Assembly: GCA_965205685.1 (NCBI GenBank)
Contig: OZ242174.1
Location: 5,219-69,218 of the forward strand
Direction of reading: 5' to 3'
DNA length: 64,000 nucleotides
Origin: Gammaproteobacteria bacterium
Lineage (GTDB): Bacteria > Pseudomonadota > Gammaproteobacteria > UBA4575
The notes beneath the pieces are model-generated. The model searched no databases and was not told the DNA's origin. It saw nothing but the letters and a program-made list of their open reading frames with translations. The first letter of the stretch is position 1; every line of letters begins with the position of its first letter. The position numbers were made by a program, and so were the translations under genes. Of this stretch, positions 57,712 to 64,000 are shown piece by piece.

Positions 57712-59814
57712 ATGAAGCATATATCTTCTCTAAGTCTGGGAGTCTTAATCACTGCTCTAGCGACAACAGCAGGGTTAAATGCCCAGGAAAACAACAGAGT
57801 GGATCTTGAAAAGATTACTATCTATGGCAAGCACTTTAATACTGACAACGAGACCGGCAGTCGGCTGGGACTGACCGTCATGGAAACACCGGCAACGGTG
57901 GATGTCATTGAGGGCGATACGATCCGTGAACGCATGGATACGAGTGTCATGGAGGCCGTTACCCGTTCCGCCGGTTTTAGCAATGATGCACACCATGCTG
58001 AAGGTGGCCTGGACATGGCCGCCAGGGGCTTTTTTGGCCAGCAAACCGTCACTAAGTTGTACGACGGCAGCAATTACTATAACGCATTTAACACCATCAC
58101 CTTTCCCTTCGACACCTGGGGCATTGAGCGTATCGAGGTACTGAAGGGGCCCTCCTCCGTACTGTACGGTGAAGGTGGCATTGGTGGTGCATTCAATGTC
58201 ATCCCCAAACGGCCACAGTGGGAACCCAGTGCTGATCTGCGTATGTCCACCGGTGAAGACGATACTCGTTTCATTGGTGTCGGCCTGACCGGGGGGCTCA
58301 CAGATACCCTCGCGTACCGGCTGGATTACAGCAACAGACAGTCCGATAACTGGGTGGACAGGGGTGACAGCGAAACCGAGATGGTTTCCGCCTCATTGCT
58401 GTGGAAGGTCAGCGAGGATTTCACGCTAACAGCACGCTACGACTGGGGTGACCAAGAACCCATGCGATACTCTGGGATACCACTAGTCGGAGATATGGAA
58501 GGTGACCTTGTAATCAATGGGGATTTCCCCCGTGAATTGCTGAAACGCAACTACGAGGTCAGCGATGCCGAGGTCCGTTACAAGGACAGCGCTGCCCGGA
58601 TTAAAGCCGACTGGAATATCAGTGAACGACTGTCCATGCAGTCTGAACTGTACCGACTGCAAAACGATCGTTTCTGGCAAAATGTCGATATGTTCGCATA
58701 CGACCGGGATGCCGGCACAGTTAAGCGCGACTCACCGTTAATCATTGCGCATGACACCGAGCACAACGGCTTTCGTACCAATGTTATCTTCGATGCTGGT
58801 AATGGTGGGCGAAAGCTGAAAACCTCGGCAGGCTTTGAAATCAACGATGTAACCTTTAAGCGGCCATTCTATTTTGGCGATGAATTTGATGTCGTCAATG
58901 CCTTCAATTTCAACCCCGGTGTATTCCCCAATCCTGTAACCACAAAGAAAATCATTTCTGATGTTGCACAATACGCGGTATTTGCCGAGGGCCAGATCGG
59001 CCTCACCGAATCGCTGACGCTGGTGCTGGGATTACGTCATGAGGACGTTGAAACGGATTTCAAAGATACCGATGGGTCGACCTTCGATCTAAACGCGGAT
59101 GAGCTGACGGGTCGAGCAGGACTGGTCTTCGATCTCAGCGATGCTACGGTGCTTTACGCTTCGTACGCTACAGGTGCTAACCACACCAATAGTGGCATCG
59201 TGAGAATCTCAAGGAACCAACGGGATGTAGATTTCACCGAGACTGAACAGATCGAAGTCGGGATCAAGCAAAGCTTGCTGAATAATCGCCTGCACTGGAC
59301 CCTGGCCTGGTTTGACATCGTCAAGAATGACGTGCTTGCAGAGGATCCGGATAACCCCGGCCCAGATAATCGAATCGTCATTCCAGAGAAGACTTCCGAC
59401 GGGGTGGAGTTCAGCCTAGCCTATGCTCCGACCGAGACCTTGCAGTTGACAGCCAACGGGACTTTGGTGAACGTGGAAAGAACCGTTGGCGGTGGTTGTG
59501 GTTGGTGTGCAGATGTGGAGGCACCTGAAGAGACCTACAACCTGGGATTGGCCTGGGCTCCGCTGGACAAGCTGCGGCTATTGGCCGATGCCCGTTATAT
59601 CGGCAAGCGCTTTCACCCCGAGAACCCAATTCCTTCGTACACGGTCGTTGATACCTCTGCACGCTGGCGCTTCACCGAGGACCTGTCCATTGCGCTTCGC
59701 GTCGACAACGTATTTGATGAACTTTATGCCTCTGCCGCGTATTACTGGCATGCTCAGTGGCTGGTCGGCAAACCACGCACTTACAGCCTGACCTTGGATT
59801 ATAACTTCTTTTAA
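57712..59814 (+). CDS. TonB-dependent outer-membrane receptor (siderophore/metal type)
   Basis: ATG at 57712 after GAGGGAG. Signal peptide, TonB-box-like DLEKITIYG, plug motifs (IEVLKGPSSVLYGEGGIGG), and a C-terminal ...LDYNFF. Confidence 0.93.
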   Translation: MKHISSLSLGVLITALATTAGLNAQENNRVDLEKITIYGKHFNTDNETGSRLGLTVMETPATVDVIEGDTIRERMDTSVMEAVTRSAGFSNDAHHAEGGLDMAARGFFGQQTVTKLYDGSNYYNAFNTITFPFDTWGIERIEVLKGPSSVLYGEGGIGGAFNVIPKRPQWEPSADLRMSTGEDDTRFIGVGLTGGLTDTLAYRLDYSNRQSDNWVDRGDSETEMVSASLLWKVSEDFTLTARYDWGDQEPMRYSGIPLVGDMEGDLVINGDFPRELLKRNYEVSDAEVRYKDSAARIKADWNISERLSMQSELYRLQNDRFWQNVDMFAYDRDAGTVKRDSPLIIAHDTEHNGFRTNVIFDAGNGGRKLKTSAGFEINDVTFKRPFYFGDEFDVVNAFNFNPGVFPNPVTTKKIISDVAQYAVFAEGQIGLTESLTLVLGLRHEDVETDFKDTDGSTFDLNADELTGRAGLVFDLSDATVLYASYATGANHTNSGIVRISRNQRDVDFTETEQIEVGIKQSLLNNRLHWTLAWFDIVKNDVLAEDPDNPGPDNRIVIPEKTSDGVEFSLAYAPTETLQLTANGTLVNVERTVGGGCGWCADVEAPEETYNLGLAWAPLDKLRLLADARYIGKRFHPENPIPSYTVVDTSARWRFTEDLSIALRVDNVFDELYASAAYYWHAQWLVGKPRTYSLTLDYNFF

Positions 59815-59876
59815 GCAGTACCTAAGACGTGCTGGCCCGAGCTTACAGCCGGGCCGGCCGTTTACCGAGGGTTGCC

Positions 59877-61370
59877 ATGAAGCTCAAGCGCGGGCTTTTC
59901 CTTTTTCATCGCTGGCTCGGCATCGGCATGTGCCTGCTGTTCATCATGTGGCCCCTGACGGGCGTGGTGATGATGTATGTCGGTTTTCCGGAGCTCACCG
60001 AGAAAGAGCGCCATGCCGGACTGCCTGCCCTTGATGCCGGGCAAATTCGCGAAGGACCATCGAAGCTGTTGCAGCGCGCCTTGCCTGAGGCTCCGGTCAC
60101 GCAATTCAGTTTAAGCAGTGTTTCAAGCCGCCCTGCCTATTTATTGAAACAGGCAGGACACCCCTGGCTGGGGCTTTATGCCGACACCGGCAAGTGGCTG
60201 AAAAAATCAACGGCCGAGGATGCTACAAGCGCTGCCAGAGCATTTTTCCAGGCGCAACAGCCTGGAGGGGAATCGACTGAGGTCCTATACCGGGGCATGC
60301 TGGAAATGGATCAATGGACGGTTTCCAGTGCCTTGAATTCACACCGGCCTCTGCATAAAGTTGCCCTGCATGACGCTGCCGCAACCTGGCTTTATGTCTC
60401 TTCGAGCACAGGTCAGGTGGTCCGGGATGTGACGCGCAACGAACGTGTCTGGAACTGGCTTGGTGCCAACTTGCACTGGATCTATCCGGTGCAGCTGCGC
60501 AAGCACCGCACCGTGTGGGCAAATTTGCTGATCGTACTTTCCCTAGTGGGACTAGCCTCGGTGCTGAGCGGCATCATCATTGGCCTCATGCGCCTGCGTG
60601 TCCAGCGGCGTTATCGGGGGAAGGATGTGAGCCCATATGAGGGCGTGATGAAGCTCCATCATATTGCTGGTTTGGCCTGTGCGTTTTTCCTGACGACCTT
60701 TATGTTCAGCGGATTTATGTCGATGACACCCTGGGGCTTGTTCGATACTAAAACCAGCTTTGCCCAACAATTGTGGCGTTACCAGCAACCGGGTGATATC
60801 AGAAGTCTGGAGTCGACCTACTCCACTGCGGAGGAAATCCGTCAACTCTTGCAACAACACCAAACATACGGCATCAAGGAATTGAACTGGCATTGGCTTG
60901 CAGGGCATACCTTGCTTGCTCTGCATCATTCTCCTGATGTGTTCCGATCTGTGCGCGGCAAGGACTCGCTTACTGAAGCTGACTTGGCTCCACAGATAAA
61001 AACGGCGATAAGCCATTTGCTCCCTGACAGTGAAGTGTCATCCATGGAGTATCTAGAAGACTATGATGGCTATTATTATTCGCATCATGAACGTTTTCGC
61101 CCACTGCCGGTGATAAGGGTCAAATTTTCAGACCCTGAATCGACATGGTTTCATATTCATGCACAAACAGGCCAGTTACTGGGGCGATTGACATTCAAAA
61201 ACCGTGTACAGCGGTGGCTATTTAACGGACTGCATACACTGGATTTCAGTGTTCTAATCTACCGCCGGCCACTTTGGGATATTTTGCTTATACTGCTATG
61301 CACCGCTGCCGCATTATTTTCACTAACGTCGATTACTATTGCTTGGCGACATCTCAGAACAAATGCCTAA
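59877..61370 (+). CDS. PepSY-associated TM-helix protein (PiuB-like, siderophore-interacting/reductase-type)
   Basis: The ATG at 59877 gives MKLKRGLFLFHRWLGIGMCLLF, the typical PepSY_TM N-terminus. Four TM segments. Follows the receptor gene. Confidence 0.88.
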   Translation: MKLKRGLFLFHRWLGIGMCLLFIMWPLTGVVMMYVGFPELTEKERHAGLPALDAGQIREGPSKLLQRALPEAPVTQFSLSSVSSRPAYLLKQAGHPWLGLYADTGKWLKKSTAEDATSAARAFFQAQQPGGESTEVLYRGMLEMDQWTVSSALNSHRPLHKVALHDAAATWLYVSSSTGQVVRDVTRNERVWNWLGANLHWIYPVQLRKHRTVWANLLIVLSLVGLASVLSGIIIGLMRLRVQRRYRGKDVSPYEGVMKLHHIAGLACAFFLTTFMFSGFMSMTPWGLFDTKTSFAQQLWRYQQPGDIRSLESTYSTAEEIRQLLQQHQTYGIKELNWHWLAGHTLLALHHSPDVFRSVRGKDSLTEADLAPQIKTAISHLLPDSEVSSMEYLEDYDGYYYSHHERFRPLPVIRVKFSDPESTWFHIHAQTGQLLGRLTFKNRVQRWLFNGLHTLDFSVLIYRRPLWDILLILLCTAAALFSLTSITIAWRHLRTNA

Positions 61371-61687
61371 ATAAGGCGCTCAGTCAGTGCACAAAGATGC
61401 ATGTCTTTTTGAGGGGTATCTCGCGCTTGCAGGGGAATTGCTGAGCCACTTTGGTGGCAGCATCGAAAACACCTGAAAAGCCACTGAAGAAAACTATTCT
61501 AGTTGCTACATGTCCTTGGCTGATCACGCTGAGAAATAAACCGAAGTCACCCATCAGATTCCTGATGATGTTCCGCCAGTTAAGATAGTCTCACCTGAAA
61601 TAGGTGCGGGTGTCGCGCAGGGCAGTCAAATTCTGAGTTGTCACTTTATGGCTACATTTTATGATTTGACGGTTTACATATACAAAT

Positions 61688-61706
61688 AATAATGATAATA
61701 ATACGC
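61688..61706. promoter_or_regulatory. candidate Fur box
   Basis: AATAATGATAATAATACGC matches the Fur consensus GATAATGATAATCATTATC at 14 of 19 positions, including an uninterrupted ATAATGATAAT. Ends 22 bp upstream of the porin ATG. Confidence 0.5.
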
Positions 61707-61727
61707 ATTAGTATTTATGGGCATAAT

Positions 61728-62879
61728 ATGAAAACCTTAAAGATTATCCTCGTTTCCGGAGCGGTTTTACTTGCATGGGACATGCCTGCACTGGCTCAAG
61801 AGACCATTGAAGAACGTCTTGCCAATATGGAGCGGCGTATACAGTATTTGGAAGAGCGGGTAGCTGCTCAAGATGAAGTAATTGTTGAAAAGGACCGCCA
61901 ACTTGCAAAGCTGTCCAGACAAGAGGACAGATGGTTCAACTCCGTTGACCTTGGTGGCCTCGTGGAAGTCGAGGCTGCCTACATGGATCCAAGTCGTGGA
62001 GATGAAGAATCTGATGTAACGGTGGCAGAGGTGAAACTTGGGGTTGCTGCACAGATTACTGACATGGTGGGCGCCGAAGTGGTTCTTCTCTATGAGGAAG
62101 ATGATACGGACTTGGAGGTTGATGTTGCCGCGATCAGCATCGGGCCATTTACGGCAGGTCAGTACATTGTTCCCTTTGGTGTATTCGAGAGTAACTTCAT
62201 CTCTGACTCCTTGACACTAGAACTGGGTGAGACAAGGGAGTCTGCACTGCAATTCGGCATGGAATCTGGAGGCCTCCATGGTGCGGTCTATGCTTTCAAT
62301 GGCGTCCTTGATGAAGATGGGGACTCCGAGATTGACAGTTTCGGTGCAGCTGTTGGGTATTCGGCTGAGGGAGAAGGCGTGGAATTTCGTCTGAACCTGT
62401 CATACATCAGTGACATTGCAGATTCCGACAACCTGCAGGAGTTGGTTACAGACAATCTTGGTGAAGATGGCACATACAGCGACCAGGTGAGTGGCTGGTC
62501 TGCAAGTACCTTTTTGCAATTCGGCAATCTGTCACTTCTCGCTGAGTACCTCGGTGCAACTGAAGACTTCGAAATGAGCGAGATGGGATTTGAAGGGGAA
62601 GGCGCCGAACCGATCAGTTACATGGTTGAGGCGGCCCTGGATTTCGAGCTTGCAAGGATGCCTGCAACGTTTGCCCTGGGCTATCAGGAGACCGATGAAG
62701 CTGCCGCCCTTGAACTGCCTGAAGAGCGCTTCCTAGTCAGCCTGTCCGTTGAAATGATGGACGGGGTTGCATTGGCCGTTGAGGGGGTATTCGACGAGGA
62801 CTATGGCGATCCTAAAACAAGCGATTATTCTGGAGGAGATGCTGACATCGTCACCTTCCAGCTTGCAACTGAGTTCTAA
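61728..62879 (+). CDS. putative outer-membrane porin with N-terminal coiled coil (LbtU-like siderophore porin family?)
   Basis: ATG at 61728. Signal peptide (…PALAQE), heptad-like ERLANMERRIQYLEERVAAQ, then an acidic beta-strand-rich region ending ...FQLATEF. Confidence 0.65.
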   Translation: MKTLKIILVSGAVLLAWDMPALAQETIEERLANMERRIQYLEERVAAQDEVIVEKDRQLAKLSRQEDRWFNSVDLGGLVEVEAAYMDPSRGDEESDVTVAEVKLGVAAQITDMVGAEVVLLYEEDDTDLEVDVAAISIGPFTAGQYIVPFGVFESNFISDSLTLELGETRESALQFGMESGGLHGAVYAFNGVLDEDGDSEIDSFGAAVGYSAEGEGVEFRLNLSYISDIADSDNLQELVTDNLGEDGTYSDQVSGWSASTFLQFGNLSLLAEYLGATEDFEMSEMGFEGEGAEPISYMVEAALDFELARMPATFALGYQETDEAAALELPEERFLVSLSVEMMDGVALAVEGVFDEDYGDPKTSDYSGGDADIVTFQLATEF

Positions 62880-62908
62880 ACAACCACGATCAAAAGGATA
62901 ACCCGATC

Positions 62909-64000
62909 ATGAAATCAGCGACAATAAGGACAATTCTGGCATCCGCAATGCTTGCGTTTCTGTCAGTACCCGTTTTTGCGGTGCCACAGGCGAGTGATGT
63001 GGTCAAACACTACGCTGATCTGGCACATGCAGTGTACGAGGATTCGCTGGTCACAGCACACACCTTGCAAAATGCGGTCGACCAGTTAATTGCAGAACCG
63101 ACGGTCGCAAATCTTCGCTATGCGCGAACGGCCTGGTTGGCTTCCCGGGTACCCTACATGCAGAGCGAGGTCTACCGGTTTGGCAATGCGATTGTTGATG
63201 ACTGGGAAGGCAAGGTGAATGCCTGGCCTCTCGATGAAGGCCTGATCGACTATGTTGCTGCGAGTTACGGTGCCGAGTCGGAAGAGAATCCGGCCTACCG
63301 AGCCAATGTCATTGCGAGCCCAAGTTTCACTTATTCCGGGCAAACCATCGATGTATCGCACATCACTAAAGAGTTACTTGCCAATACGCTTCATGAACTT
63401 GGAGGTATCGAAGCGAATGTGGCAACCGGGTACCACGCCATAGAATTTCTGCTCTGGGGTCAAGACCTAAACGGTGTTGGACCGGGCAATGGCAATCGTC
63501 CCGCGACCGACTTTGATCAGGACAATTGTTCTTGGAAAAACTGTGAGCGACGGGCAGCTTATCTGAAAGTGGCAACTGATCTTCTGGTTGACGACTTAGC
63601 ATGGATGGTGGCTCAGTGGGCACCTGGCGGTGAAGCCCGTGAAGACTTGATCCATGGCAGTACCAAGCACGGTCTTTCTACAATCGTGACCGGTATGGGC
63701 AGTCTTTCCTATGGGGAACTGGCAGGCCAGCGGATGCAACTTGGGCTGCTGCTACATGACCCCGAAGAGGAGCATGACTGCTTCAGCGACAACACGCATC
63801 ACTCCCACTACTATGATGCAATGGGCATTCAGAACATCTATCTTGGTATGTATCGCCGCATAGATGGTTCGATGGTAGAGGGGCCAAGCATTTCTGCCCT
63901 CGTCGCTGCTGCATCACCAGACGTTGACAAGAACCTGCGCGATCAACTGCATACCACCATGTCTGCAATGGAAAAGCTCGTGCATGCAGCAAAAAATGGA
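62909..64000 (+). CDS. imelysin (peptidase M75 / iron-regulated protein A-like) family protein, 3' end beyond the right window edge
   Basis: Not in the ORF track because there is no stop in the window. From the ATG at 62909: MKSATIRTILASAMLAFLSVPVFA..., with GYHAIEFLLWGQD and the HDCFSD (HxxE-like) motif of imelysins. The frame stays open to 64000. Confidence 0.85.
   Translation, partial: MKSATIRTILASAMLAFLSVPVFAVPQASDVVKHYADLAHAVYEDSLVTAHTLQNAVDQLIAEPTVANLRYARTAWLASRVPYMQSEVYRFGNAIVDDWEGKVNAWPLDEGLIDYVAASYGAESEENPAYRANVIASPSFTYSGQTIDVSHITKELLANTLHELGGIEANVATGYHAIEFLLWGQDLNGVGPGNGNRPATDFDQDNCSWKNCERRAAYLKVATDLLVDDLAWMVAQWAPGGEAREDLIHGSTKHGLSTIVTGMGSLSYGELAGQRMQLGLLLHDPEEEHDCFSDNTHHSHYYDAMGIQNIYLGMYRRIDGSMVEGPSISALVAAASPDVDKNLRDQLHTTMSAMEKLVHAAKNG

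Overview
Chromosomal segment of an unidentified gammaproteobacterium. I call about 57 protein-coding genes and one tRNA (Phe-GAA). I saw no rRNA, CRISPR array, IS/transposase, integrase or phage genes. Left to right: (1-5.8 kb) a translationally coupled SDR / Rieske oxygenase / ERG4-ERG24-type reductase operon, facing a divergent FAD-oxidase plus FMN alpha-hydroxy-acid oxidase pair; phoX, ald, aceF-aceE, a patatin-like lipase; rho-trxA; GST, DUF1272, a TetR-controlled DUF1348 gene; an OMP; tRNA-Phe; yggX-mutY; moaC/moaD; a degP-cbpA-hsp20 stress cluster; yicC, rph-rdgB-hemW; rpmE, a five-gene block, priA-argS-SPOR; an acyl-CoA synthetase, nadA, speA/speE, a TorF-like porin-glnK-amtB operon, ubiK, cytochromes c5 and c4, an NCS2 permease, dsbA, engB; and (56-64 kb) an iron-uptake cluster (DUF1111 dihaem protein, TonB-dependent receptor, PepSY protein, coiled-coil porin, imelysin). 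Base composition is mosaic. Hand counts of sampled lines give roughly 63-68% GC for 1-14.8 kb, 55-62% for 14.8-20.1 kb, 45-52% for 20.1-56 kb and 53-60% for 56-64 kb, with the sharpest drop at the 3' flank of tRNA-Phe. Stop-codon usage is unusual: 22 TAG, 21 TGA and 13 TAA by my reading. The most interesting candidates are: the sterol/triterpenoid-tailoring-like operon at the left edge; two DnaA-box clusters bracketing the rpmE-priA interval; a structured 330-bp non-coding region downstream of engB that may encode an sRNA; a 970-bp gene-poor gap upstream of engB; and an NCS2 permease with no canonical start codon and an unassigned C-terminal domain. All family assignments come from motif recognition by eye. 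No database search or folding program was available.
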